Positions 10,012 to 19,003 of a stretch of DNA of 64,000 nt are shown piece after piece. Below the pieces are notes generated by a model. It was not told the origin of the DNA. It ran no database searches and saw only the letters and a program-made list of their open reading frames with translations. The position numbers and the translations under genes were made by a program. Origin of the DNA: an uncultured Clostridia bacterium. GTDB lineage: Bacteria > Bacillota > Clostridia > Oscillospirales > Acutalibacteraceae. The stretch covers positions 66,523 to 130,522 of the forward strand of contig CAJFTS010000033.1 in the NCBI GenBank assembly GCA_904420015.1. The letters are read 5' to 3'. The stretch's first letter is position 1. Every line of letters begins with the position of its first letter.

Positions 10012-11376
10012 TTACTCCTCCGTCGTTTTTTTCGCCTGCGCCATCCGCTCTCCCTTTTGGATGCCTTCGGTCTTGTCCGGCATCATAACCACGCGCAGCG
10101 TCAAGATCATCAGCTTCAAATCCAGCAGCAACGAGTAATTCTCAATATAAATCAAATCCATCAAAAGCTTGTCGTAGGCGGTGGTGTTGTACTTTCCATA
10201 TACCTGGGCATAACCGGTCAAGCCTGCCTTCGCCTTCAGGCGATACGCAAACTCCGGCATAGTCTTTTCATATTCCGCCGCAATTTCCGGCCGTTCCGGA
10301 CGGGGACCGACCAAGGACATGTCCCCCTTGAGGACATTAAAAAGCTGTGGAATTTCATCGATACGCAGCTTCCGTATGACTTTTCCCACAGGCGTAATCC
10401 GGTCGTCGTCCACCGTGGCCAGCTGCGCCCCGTTGCGTTCCGCATCCACAATCATGGACCGGAACTTGAGCACCTTGAACACCTTTCCATCGATGGTCAG
10501 GCGGTCCTGGGTATAAAACACATTTTTGCGGTCGTAGGCCCAGATGGCCAGGGCCGTGAGCAAAAAGACGGGGGACAGCACGACAATGCCGCAAAAAGAA
10601 CCCACAATGTCCAAAAGCCGCTTATACAGCCGTTTTTCATTGGTCAGGCCCTGATTGCGCAGAAAGAGCATGGGGGTATCCACCACCCGGATGTCGGTCG
10701 CGCCGTTGACCAGTATATTAGTGATGGCCGGCACCACATACAGGCGCTTGCTCTTTTTGTAGCAGACGTTCATCATCCACTGCCGCATCTCCATGCTGTT
10801 GACGGAGAGGACAATGGAATCGAAGGGCTCAATGGCCGCTTCAATGGCCTCTTTCCCTTCGGTGACGTTGATTTCCTTGAGGATGCGGTATTTATCCACA
10901 ATCCGGTTGAGCTTTCCCTTGATGGCGCGGTTGATTTCATCGTCGTAGATGAGGATCATATCATGGGGCGGGTAAATCTGGTAATAGACCCGGTTGGCGA
11001 TGCAGGCCCAAAAGGTAACGATAATCATCTGTATCACCGTCAGCCAGACAAAGCCCACGAAGTCCACAAATTCATAGGACAGCAGGGATGCTAAGAAAAA
11101 CATGACGGTATTGCACAGCCCCAGCGCGATGGCATGGGAAAGAAGGATCTCGGTGATGCGGTTCTGCCCTACCTGATGCCCCTTCATCAAAATGACCGTC
11201 ACCGTCACGATGAAGGCGTACACCACGGCCAGCAGATAGTTTCCGTTGCGAAAGAAGGGGTTTGGAATATCGCTGTTATAAAGGCTAATCCACAGAAAAT
11301 AAAACGCACCGGACAATATTACGATATCAAACAACACCATGATGGTGCGGATCGTCTGTTTAAATTGAAATCTCAT
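10012..11376 (-). CDS. Polyprenyl glycosylphosphotransferase (WcaJ/CpsE-type initiating sugar transferase)
   Basis: N-terminal TM segments; KRLLDI, FKVLKFRSM, DEIPQLFNVLKGDMSLVGPRPE, GLTGYAQV. Confidence 0.92.
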   Translation of the reverse strand: MRFQFKQTIRTIMVLFDIVILSGAFYFLWISLYNSDIPNPFFRNGNYLLAVVYAFIVTVTVILMKGHQVGQNRITEILLSHAIALGLCNTVMFFLASLLSYEFVDFVGFVWLTVIQMIIVTFWACIANRVYYQIYPPHDMILIYDDEINRAIKGKLNRIVDKYRILKEINVTEGKEAIEAAIEPFDSIVLSVNSMEMRQWMMNVCYKKSKRLYVVPAITNILVNGATDIRVVDTPMLFLRNQGLTNEKRLYKRLLDIVGSFCGIVVLSPVFLLTALAIWAYDRKNVFYTQDRLTIDGKVFKVLKFRSMIVDAERNGAQLATVDDDRITPVGKVIRKLRIDEIPQLFNVLKGDMSLVGPRPERPEIAAEYEKTMPEFAYRLKAKAGLTGYAQVYGKYNTTAYDKLLMDLIYIENYSLLLDLKLMILTLRVVMMPDKTEGIQKGERMAQAKKTTEE

Positions 11377-11706
11377 GTTGTCCTCACTTCACACCTATTC
11401 CGCCCGCCCGGATTCCCGGCAAACGGTTGCTTTCATACGTTTTTTCGATTGAGCCTACACGCATGCAAAAACGCGCCGGTTGTGTCTGCGGCGAACGAGG
11501 AGTCCCTTGAAAAGAGGAGCGGAATCTGGGATATTTTGTATATCCCCCGCATTCCATAAGCATTATCATACAACATTGCCGCCTTGAATTCAACCTCCCA
11601 GACAATTTCCTAGGAGAAAAACCTTCCAGTCCTCTCCTTATTGTCCCGGTGGGAAGGCAAATTATGAGTGCAGGCAGGAGAAAGCTTCCTATGCGTTTCC
11701 TTCTCC

Positions 11707-13122
11707 TCAGGAGGGCAAACCGTCGAAATCGCCGCCGCTTAGCACCAGCTTATCCCCGGGCAAAATTTCGGTGGACCCCTTTGGAACCACCACCTCTTCC
11801 CCCCGCTTAATCATCACCACTAGGATTTCCTCGGGAATATCCGCGTCGGCAATGGTTTTGTTCGCAAGGACGCTGTCCGCCTCAATGAGGTATTCCTTGA
11901 GCACGGCCCCGGTCTCCTCCTGGTAGTCGGTAAAGGTCTTGAGCACGGTGGAGGATTCCTCCACCAGATCCAGCTTCTTGGCAAAGAAGGGGATCAGAGT
12001 CCCCTGGACGGCCACCGAGAACAGGGCGACAAAAAACACCATGTGGAACAGATCGTTCTCCATCCCGGAAATCCGGGTCACGGCCATTATCGCAAACACG
12101 ATGGAGGCGGCGCCCCGCAGCCCCACCCAGGATACCAGCAGCTGCTGCTTGACGGGGCGCTTAAACCAGCACAGAATCCCAAAGACCGCCACCGGCCTTG
12201 CCACCAAAATGAGAAAGAGGGAAACCAGGATGCCGGGAACCAGGACGCTGGGCAGATGGGAGGGGAAGGAGAGCAAGCCCAAGGTAAAAAAGAGCATAAT
12301 CTGCATCAGCCAGGAAACGCTGTCGAAAAAGCGTACTAGGCTTCTTTTATGGACAATCTTGCTGTTGCCCACCACGATGCCCACAATATAGACGCACAAA
12401 TACCCGTTCCCGCCGATGGATTCGCACAGCGCATAGGACAAAATCGCGATCGCGGTAACAAAAATCAAATAAAAGCTTTCGATTTCAAATTTGATCCTCT
12501 TGAGGATAAAGACCGTCAGCTTGGCCAGGCCGAAGCCCAGACCCACGCCGAACACCAGCTGGCGGACTATCATGAGCACAATCGAATCCCCGCCGCCCGC
12601 CGACATCAGCGACAGCACCACCATCGTCATCATATACGCAAACGGGTCGTTGCTGCCGCTCTCCACCTCCAGCATGGAGGCCAGCCCCCCTTTGAGATTG
12701 AGCTTGCGGGAACGAAGGATGGAGAAAACCGACGCGGCGTCGGTGGAGCCGACCACCGAGCCGACCAGCAGCCCCTCCAGCCAGGTAGTCCCCAGGACAA
12801 AATGACAAAAAAGCCCCGTCAGCACCGCTGTCACCACTACGCCCACCGTAGACAGCAAAATGGATGGCGCCGCCACCGGCTTAGCCATCTTCCAGTTGGT
12901 TCCAAGGCCGCCGTAAAACATGATGAATACCAGGCCAAATGAACAAAGCTGCTGCGCTAAGTCAAAATTGTCAAAATAAATTCCCACCGGCCCGTCCGAG
13001 CCGAAGAACATACCCAGCACCAAAAAGATAAGCAGGGCCGGTACGCCGAACCGGTACAAAAGCTTGCTGGACGTAACGCAGACGAGCAAAATCAAGGCGC
13101 CCAGAATCATCATGGTTGTCAT
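11707..13122 (-). CDS. K+/H+ antiporter (CvrA/NhaP2 family) with C-terminal RCK_C domain
   Basis: TDAASVFS, ESGSNDP, GLRGAASI motifs; TrkA-C-like tail (VVPKGSTEILPGD). Confidence 0.9.
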   Translation of the reverse strand: MTTMMILGALILLVCVTSSKLLYRFGVPALLIFLVLGMFFGSDGPVGIYFDNFDLAQQLCSFGLVFIMFYGGLGTNWKMAKPVAAPSILLSTVGVVVTAVLTGLFCHFVLGTTWLEGLLVGSVVGSTDAASVFSILRSRKLNLKGGLASMLEVESGSNDPFAYMMTMVVLSLMSAGGGDSIVLMIVRQLVFGVGLGFGLAKLTVFILKRIKFEIESFYLIFVTAIAILSYALCESIGGNGYLCVYIVGIVVGNSKIVHKRSLVRFFDSVSWLMQIMLFFTLGLLSFPSHLPSVLVPGILVSLFLILVARPVAVFGILCWFKRPVKQQLLVSWVGLRGAASIVFAIMAVTRISGMENDLFHMVFFVALFSVAVQGTLIPFFAKKLDLVEESSTVLKTFTDYQEETGAVLKEYLIEADSVLANKTIADADIPEEILVVMIKRGEEVVVPKGSTEILPGDKLVLSGGDFDGLPS

Positions 13123-13370
13123 GCCGCCATTCCTCCATCCCTATCGGTCTTTGTTGTTTATCAAATCACACACTTCCCGTCTTGTATGAAAATGCAGAAT
13201 TTATTATTAGTTTACCATGTTTTCTCTTTCCTCACAATGCGCTCGGGGCAATTGTTCGAAAAAGTTTACATAATGGTCATTTGTCCTCTATTTTATGAAG
13301 AGGAAGGCCCATTTGTTCTGAAAAATCGCCGAAAAATCCGAAAAAGATTCCATCGGCAAAGCGCACAAAA

Positions 13371-13620
13371 GGCAAAACCACCGGCTTTGCCGGAGGTATG
13401 AAGCGCCCTAGAAGGGCTTATTGCCAGCAAGCGTCTCAAGATGCACGGAAATTTATTTCACTGGCATGACTTGCCCCGCGGCCTGTAAACAGGAGAATCC
13501 CCATTTTAACCGGAAGCCCCCCGTCACCGTTAGGCCGGCTCTTCGCAGCCCGCTTCCCTCGATGCTTATAGCGAACGCTTTTTTGCGGGACATCTCTGCC
13601 GGCAGAGCCGGTGGTTCCCG
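13371..13620 (+). mobile_element. Non-coding palindrome-ended repeat, copy A (IS200/IS605-like non-autonomous element)
   Basis: Colinear with 43394-43645 and 45461-45710; terminal hairpins accaccggc-ttt-gccgg and gccggc-aga-gccggtggttccc. Confidence 0.75.
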
Positions 13621-13684
13621 TTAAAGGAAGGACGGCGGCAAAAGCCAAGCCGCCGCCGTCCTTCTTTTTTCTCCTGCCGGCAAA

Positions 13685-13722
13685 AAATCCCCCTGATTTT
13701 GTATGAATACAAAATCAGGGGG
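13685..13722 (-). terminator. Terminator hairpin downstream of cysK
   Basis: tccccctgattttgta-tgaa-tacaaaatcagggggat inverted repeat with an A run on the left (U tract on minus strand). Confidence 0.75.
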
Positions 13723-13748
13723 ATCGCAGACACAATGAAAACCGCCGT

Positions 13749-14681
13749 TTATTCGGCGAACAGGCCGGTGGAAAGATACCGCTCTCCGGTATCCGGCAGG
13801 AGGACGACAATGGATTTGCCCGCATTTTCCTTGCGTTTGGCCACCTGAGAGGCGGCGAAAAGGGCAGCGCCGGAGGAGATGCCGCACAAAAGCCCTTCGG
13901 CGGCGGCCAGCTTGCGGGCGGTTTCAAAGGCGGCCTCATTGCCGACCGGAATCACCTCGTCGATGAAATCCCGGTTGAGCAGCTGCGGCACAAAGCCGGT
14001 GCCGATCCCCTGGATTTTATGGGGGCCGGGCTGTCCGCCGGAAAGAACCGGGGAAGCGGCCGGCTCCACCGCCACGATTTTCACCGCCGGGTTCTTTTCC
14101 TTGAGCGCCTCGGCCACGCCGGTGATGGTCCCGCCGGTGCCCACCCCTGCGACGAAGAAATCCACATGGCCGTCGGTATCCCGCCAGATTTCCTGGCCGG
14201 TGGTGTGGTAATGCATCCGGACGTTGGCGGGATTGGTAAACTGGCCCAGCGTAACCGCGCCGTCGATTTCCTTTCGCAGCTCCTCCGCCTTTTCGATGGC
14301 GCCTTTGATACCCCTGGCGCCTTCGGTGAGCACCAGCTCGGCGCCCAGCGCCTTGAGCAGGCTGCGCCGCTCCAGGCTCATGGTATCCGGCATGGTGAGG
14401 ATGACCCGATAGCCCTTAGCCGCCGCAATAAAGGAAAGGGCGATACCGGTATTTCCGCTGGTAGGCTCGATGATGGTAGAGCCGGGGCCGAGGACACCTC
14501 TGGCCTCCGCGTCGGCAATCAGGGCGTAGCCCAGCCGGTCCTTGACGGAGGAAAGGGGGTTGAAGCTTTCGAGCTTGGCAAGCAATCTCCCTTCGGCCTC
14601 CTCCCGCCGGGCATACCGGGAGAGATCGAGAAGGGGGGTGTTTCCGATCAGCTGGGTCAGGTCTTGTGCAATTTTCGGCAT
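13749..14681 (-). CDS. cysK: Cysteine synthase A
   Basis: IGNTPL, SVKDR (PLP lysine), [28 protein letters not shown]. Confidence 0.96.
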   Translation of the reverse strand: MPKIAQDLTQLIGNTPLLDLSRYARREEAEGRLLAKLESFNPLSSVKDRLGYALIADAEARGVLGPGSTIIEPTSGNTGIALSFIAAAKGYRVILTMPDTMSLERRSLLKALGAELVLTEGARGIKGAIEKAEELRKEIDGAVTLGQFTNPANVRMHYHTTGQEIWRDTDGHVDFFVAGVGTGGTITGVAEALKEKNPAVKIVAVEPAASPVLSGGQPGPHKIQGIGTGFVPQLLNRDFIDEVIPVGNEAAFETARKLAAAEGLLCGISSGAALFAASQVAKRKENAGKSIVVLLPDTGERYLSTGLFAE

Positions 14682-14692
14682 ATAAGCGCCTC

Positions 14693-15976
14693 CTAATCGA
14701 GTTTTGAAAAAGCTTGCTCCAGGTCGGCGATCAGGTCGTCGATATGCTCGAGGCCGACGGAGAGGCGGATCATATCCGCGGTGACCCCGGCCTTTTCCTG
14801 TTCGCTGGGAGAAAGCTGCTGATGGGTGGTGGACGCCGGATGGATGACCAGCGATTTTGCATCGGCCACGTTTGCGAGCTGGGAGAAAATCGTCAGGCTG
14901 TCGATAAGGGCCCGGGCGGCCGGTTCGCCCCCCTTGACCCCAAAGGTAAAGATGGAGCCGGCTCCCTTGGGCAGATATTTTTTCGCCAGGGCACGGTAAG
15001 GGTTTTGGTCCAGTTCAGGATAGTTCACCCAAGCGACCTTATCCTGTCCGACCAGATACCGGGCGAGCCGGCGGGCGTTTTCCACATGCCGCTCCACCCG
15101 GAGGGAAAGGGTCTCCAGCCCCTGCAAAAGAAGGAAGGCGTTAAAAGGGCTCAGGCAGGCGCCGGTGTTCCTCAAAAGCTGGACCCGGGCCTTGGTGATA
15201 TAGGCCGCCGGGCTTGTATCGGGAACATAGCGGATGCCGTGATAGTCCTCGTCCGGCTCGGTGAATTCCGCAAACCGCCCGCTTGCCGCCCAGTCAAACC
15301 GGCCCGCGTCCACAATCACCCCGCCGATGGAGGTGCCGTGACCGCCGATAAACTTGGTCGCCGAATGCACCACCACGTCGGCGCCGAATTCAATGGGACG
15401 CAGCAGATAAGGGGTGGCAAAGGTATTGTCCACAATCAAGGGAAGGCCGTGGCGGTGGGCAATGCCGGCCACCGCCTCGATGTCGATGAGATTGATGCCG
15501 GGATTGCCGATGGACTCGATATACAGCGCCTTGGTCTTGCCGGTGACGGCGGCTTCAAAGTTTTTTGGATCGTCCGGGTTTACAAAGACGGTGCGAATGC
15601 CCAGCTTTGCAAAGGTGGACTTAAATAAGGCGAAGGTTCCGCCGTAAAGGGTGGAGGCGGCGACGATCTCATCCCCTGCCGAAGCGAGATTTAGGATCGA
15701 ATAGGTGATGGCGGCCGAGCCGGAGGCCGTGGCCAGCGCCCCTACCCCCCCTTCCAGCGCGGCGATGCGCTTTTCGAACACGTCGGTCGTAGGATTCATG
15801 ATGCGGGTATAGATGTTGCCCGGCTCTTTGAGGCCAAACAGATCCTCCGCCTGCCGGGTATCGTCAAAGACGTAGGATGTGGTCTGATAGATGGGCACCG
15901 CACGGGACTTGGTCACCGGATCGGGCGTCTGCCCCGCGTGCAGCTGGTTGGTTTCAAAATGAAAAGATCGGCTCAT
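14693..15976 (-). CDS. metY: O-acetylhomoserine sulfhydrylase / aminocarboxypropyltransferase
   Basis: [47 protein letters not shown]. Confidence 0.92.
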   Translation of the reverse strand: MSRSFHFETNQLHAGQTPDPVTKSRAVPIYQTTSYVFDDTRQAEDLFGLKEPGNIYTRIMNPTTDVFEKRIAALEGGVGALATASGSAAITYSILNLASAGDEIVAASTLYGGTFALFKSTFAKLGIRTVFVNPDDPKNFEAAVTGKTKALYIESIGNPGINLIDIEAVAGIAHRHGLPLIVDNTFATPYLLRPIEFGADVVVHSATKFIGGHGTSIGGVIVDAGRFDWAASGRFAEFTEPDEDYHGIRYVPDTSPAAYITKARVQLLRNTGACLSPFNAFLLLQGLETLSLRVERHVENARRLARYLVGQDKVAWVNYPELDQNPYRALAKKYLPKGAGSIFTFGVKGGEPAARALIDSLTIFSQLANVADAKSLVIHPASTTHQQLSPSEQEKAGVTADMIRLSVGLEHIDDLIADLEQAFSKLD

Positions 15977-16088
15977 TGTTACAATTCCCCCTGTGTGATG
16001 ATTGATGCATGTATTTTTCGATACACAGGCACATTCGCCGGCTGGTTACCGTGGCTTGACGGGCAAAGGCAGCGTACTGCCGCTTCAT
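15954..16088 (-). CDS. Putative 44-aa leader peptide ([44 protein letters not shown]) overlapping the metY start
   Basis: Hand translation; AGGGGAG 7 nt upstream of ATG; lies between the consensus promoter and metY; below the ORF-track cutoff. Confidence 0.5.
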   Translation of the reverse strand: MKRQYAAFARQATVTSRRMCLCIEKYMHQSSHRGNCNNEPIFSF

Positions 16089-16110
16089 GGCCGGTCTCCC
16101 CTTTCGCTTT

Positions 16111-16169
16111 ATTTCCTAGTGATTTGATAAAGATTATATCCGCGAATCCTTACTATGTCAATAGGAATT
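16111..16169. promoter_or_regulatory. Two related 25-bp imperfect palindromes (16111-16135, 16145-16169), candidate Rrf2 operators
   Basis: Box at 16111 matches the reverse complement of the box at 16145 at 18/25 positions; they overlap the -35 and +1 of the metY promoter. Confidence 0.6.
16133..16161 (-). promoter_or_regulatory. sigmaA promoter for leader-metY-cysK
   Basis: TTGACA-17 nt-TATAAT perfect consensus on the minus strand. Confidence 0.9.
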
Positions 16170-16181
16170 ATAAAATTTCTC

Positions 16182-16210
16182 TTGCGCCGGGTCCCTTTCT
16201 GCGGTATCAT
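16182..16210 (+). promoter_or_regulatory. Probable sigmaA promoter for the Rrf2 pair
   Basis: TTGCGC-17 nt-TATCAT. Confidence 0.6.
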
Positions 16211-16242
16211 AACAGCAGATACCAAGCAAGGGAGGGAGAGGA

Positions 16243-16671
16243 ATGAAGCTGTCCACCAAGGGAAAATACGCGGTGGAAGCGCTCTGCTGCCTGACCGTCG
16301 TCAGCGGGGAGGGGCCGGTTAAGGTGAGGCGAATCAGCGGGCTTACCGGCATCACGGAAGGGTATCTAGAGCAGCTCTTCTTCCGGCTGCGCAGGGCGGG
16401 GCTGCTGACCACGGTGCGGGGACAGAAGGGCGGTTACCTGCTGGCACGGCCTGCGCACACCGTCACGGTGGGCGACGTGCTTCGGGCGGTAGAGGGGGAG
16501 CTGGTGCCGGTGGCCTGCATCCGAAATCCGGACGGCTGCCCAAGCGGCATGGCCTGCCGCTGCGCCACCCGCCCGGTCTGGACCCGCCTGGCCGACGCCA
16601 TCGACGGGGTGGCAAACTCGATTACCCTTGCCGATTTGGCCGCGTCCTTTCCAAAGGAGGAGATTCCATGA
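16243..16671 (+). CDS. Rrf2-family regulator with Cys motif (IscR-like)
   Basis: MKLSTKGKYA, YLEQLF, RGQKGGY; VACIRNPDGCPSGMACRC. Confidence 0.92.
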   Translation: MKLSTKGKYAVEALCCLTVVSGEGPVKVRRISGLTGITEGYLEQLFFRLRRAGLLTTVRGQKGGYLLARPAHTVTVGDVLRAVEGELVPVACIRNPDGCPSGMACRCATRPVWTRLADAIDGVANSITLADLAASFPKEEIP

Positions 16672-17096
16672 AGCTGTCCACACGGGGGCGCTACGGTCTG
16701 CGCGCCATGATCGACCTGGCCATTCACGATGAGGGGGAGTATGTCTCCCTGGGTTCCATCGCCCAGCGGCAGAGGATTTCCCTCAATTATCTTGAGCACA
16801 GCTTTGCGGCCTTAAAACACGCGGGGCTGGTGCGGGGGATGTCCGGTTCCCAGGGGGGATACCGGCTGGCCGCACCTGCAAACGCCGTTTCCATCCGTCA
16901 GGTCCTTGAGGTGCTGGAGGGGGACCTTTCCATTGTGGGGCCTGGGCAGGGCAAAGAGGAATCCCCTTATGCGCGGGTGGTGCGGCGGCTGGTTTGGGAC
17001 CGGATGGACGAGGAAATGGACGGGGTTTTGTCCGGTCTGACCTTAGAGGACTTGGCGCAGGAGTTCGCGCGGCTGCAAAAAAGGGTTGACAAATGA
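16668..17096 (+). CDS. Rrf2-family regulator, cysteine-free (CymR-like)
   Basis: MKLSTRGRYG, YLEHSF, GSQGGY; ATGA overlap with the upstream paralogue. Confidence 0.92.
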   Translation: MKLSTRGRYGLRAMIDLAIHDEGEYVSLGSIAQRQRISLNYLEHSFAALKHAGLVRGMSGSQGGYRLAAPANAVSIRQVLEVLEGDLSIVGPGQGKEESPYARVVRRLVWDRMDEEMDGVLSGLTLEDLAQEFARLQKRVDK

Positions 17097-17114
17097 AAAA
17101 TAGGCGCATATAAT
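17086..17114 (+). promoter_or_regulatory. sigmaA promoter of the trp operon
   Basis: TTGACA-17 nt-TATAAT perfect consensus. Confidence 0.9.
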
Positions 17115-17138
17115 AGCAGCAAATCCGATAGGTGAAAT

Positions 17139-17450
17139 CCGTTGAGCAAAAGTGAGTACTCCGCAACACGGTGTTCAGAGAGCCGGCGGCTGGTGAGAAG
17201 CCGGTACATACGCTGCTTTGGAGGAATGGGTTTGTGAGGAGCAAGGGGAAACGGCCTTTTTCAGCGGGCCGGAGTAGCTGCCGCCGTGATCCGCACGTTA
17301 CGCGGAGGGGGTATCCTGCATTTTTCTGCAATGTACCTTGCCGATTTGCCGCGTACCCTGCAAGGAAGGAGAGCTTTTTTGGAAGGCTCTTGAATTTGGG
17401 TGGCACCACGAGTCGATCGTCCCATGGTTTGGACGACCGGCTTTTTTTGT
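17139..17450 (+). ncRNA. T-box riboswitch, Trp specifier
   Basis: AGAGA and GGTGAGA stem I loops; GAA-TGG specifier at 17227-17229; T-box AATTTGGGTGGCACCACG at 17393-17410; terminator with T7 tract; directly upstream of trpE. Confidence 0.92.
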
Positions 17451-17536
17451 TGTCAAAAACGGCCGCCCCTCCCCTCTTTCCCGCGCAAAGAGGGGGTGCG
17501 AGAAAATCCCGCCGCGCGGAGAGAAGGAGCGCAGAT

Positions 17537-19003
17537 ATGTATCCGAGCAAAAAGGAAATCCAGGAGCTTTTGAACGACTATGATCTGGCGCCGGTCTTTT
17601 ACGAGGTGCTTTCCGACACCTATACGCCGGTCCATCTCTTCAACGCCCTCAAGGCAGGCAACGAAACCTGTTTTATTCTAGAAAGCGTGGACAATTCCCA
17701 GCAGTGGGGCCGCTATTCCTTTATCGGCATCCGCCCGAAGATGGAAATCCGCATCGAGCAGGGGGAGGGCGTGGTGATCCGCGGCGGCGGGGAGACCCGC
17801 CGGAAGGTGGAAAACCCCATCTCCTTTCTCAGGGAGATTCTCGCGCGCACCCATTCCCCCAGCGTCCCCAACCGTCCGAAATTCACCGGCGGGCTGGTGG
17901 GCTTCTTCGGCTACGATACGGTGCGGTATCTGGAAAAGAAGCTCAAAAACGTCCCCGAGGACGATCTGCATCTGCCCGACTGCCATCTGTTCCTGTTCGA
18001 CGAGGTGGTGGCCTTCGACCATCTCAGCAACAAAACCGTCATCATCCTCAACCTCTATAAGGACGGGGATCTCAACGCGCAGTACGCCGCCTGCCAAGCC
18101 CGGGCCGAGGCGCTTTCCGAGCAGATCCGCGCCTTCCGCCCCGCCCCGCACAAGCAGCCGGCTTCACAGCCCTGCCGCATCACCTCCAACCTGACCAAAG
18201 AGGAATTTATGGAAAACGTTAGGAAGGCCAAGGAATACATCCGGGCCGGGGACATCTTCCAGGTGGTGCTTTCCCAGCGGTTTGAGGCGGAGAATCCCCC
18301 CGATCCCTTCGACGTCTACCGGGTGCTGAGGGCGACCAACCCCTCCCCCTATCTCTACTATTTGCAGTGCCCCTCCTACCAGATTGTAGGCGCCTCGCCG
18401 GAGATGCTCGTCAACGTCACCAAAGGGGTGGTTACCACCCGTCCCATCGCCGGCACCAGCCCGAGAGGGGTCACTCCGGAGCTGGACGCCCAGAATGAGA
18501 AAGCCCTCTTAAGCGACCCCAAGGAAAGGGCGGAGCACACCATGCTCGTAGATTTGGGGCGCAACGACGTGGGCAAGGTGAGCAAATTCGGCACGGTGGA
18601 GGTCACCCGCCTGATGCAGGTGGAGCGGTTCTCCAAGGTGATGCATCTGGTCAGCGACGTCAAAGGCATCCTTCAGGAGGACAAAACCGCGTTGGACGCC
18701 TTGATGGCGGTTCTGCCCGCCGGGACCCTTTCGGGCGCGCCCAAGGTAAGGGCCATGGAAATCATCGACGAGCTGGAAAACAAGAAACGGTGCCTCTACG
18801 GCGGTACGGTGGGATACTTAGGCTTCGACGGGAACATCGACACCTGCATCGCCATACGCACCGCGCTTTTCAAGGGCAACAAGGCTTACATCCAGGCGGG
18901 AGGCGGCATTGTGGCCGACTCGGTCCCGGAACAGGAATACCAGGAATCCAAAAACAAGGCACAGGCGGTTATCCACGCCATTGAGGAGGCGGCAAAGCTA
19001 TGA
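17537..19003 (+). CDS. trpE: Anthranilate synthase component I
   Basis: ILESV, GRYSF, GDIFQVVLSQ, TNPSPY, KERAEHTMLVDLGRND, LSGAPK; start ATG 17537 behind AAGGAG. Confidence 0.96.
   Translation: MYPSKKEIQELLNDYDLAPVFYEVLSDTYTPVHLFNALKAGNETCFILESVDNSQQWGRYSFIGIRPKMEIRIEQGEGVVIRGGGETRRKVENPISFLREILARTHSPSVPNRPKFTGGLVGFFGYDTVRYLEKKLKNVPEDDLHLPDCHLFLFDEVVAFDHLSNKTVIILNLYKDGDLNAQYAACQARAEALSEQIRAFRPAPHKQPASQPCRITSNLTKEEFMENVRKAKEYIRAGDIFQVVLSQRFEAENPPDPFDVYRVLRATNPSPYLYYLQCPSYQIVGASPEMLVNVTKGVVTTRPIAGTSPRGVTPELDAQNEKALLSDPKERAEHTMLVDLGRNDVGKVSKFGTVEVTRLMQVERFSKVMHLVSDVKGILQEDKTALDALMAVLPAGTLSGAPKVRAMEIIDELENKKRCLYGGTVGYLGFDGNIDTCIAIRTALFKGNKAYIQAGGGIVADSVPEQEYQESKNKAQAVIHAIEEAAKL

Noticed and set aside
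13123-13370. c-di-AMP (ydaO) riboswitch upstream of the K+/H+ antiporter
   Set aside because: Conserved ydaO motifs not found; only a short tcctct...agagga inverted repeat of unknown meaning.
17171-17536. N-terminal extension of trpE in the ORF track
   Set aside because: The region is the T-box leader; the real start is ATG 17537 with its own RBS.
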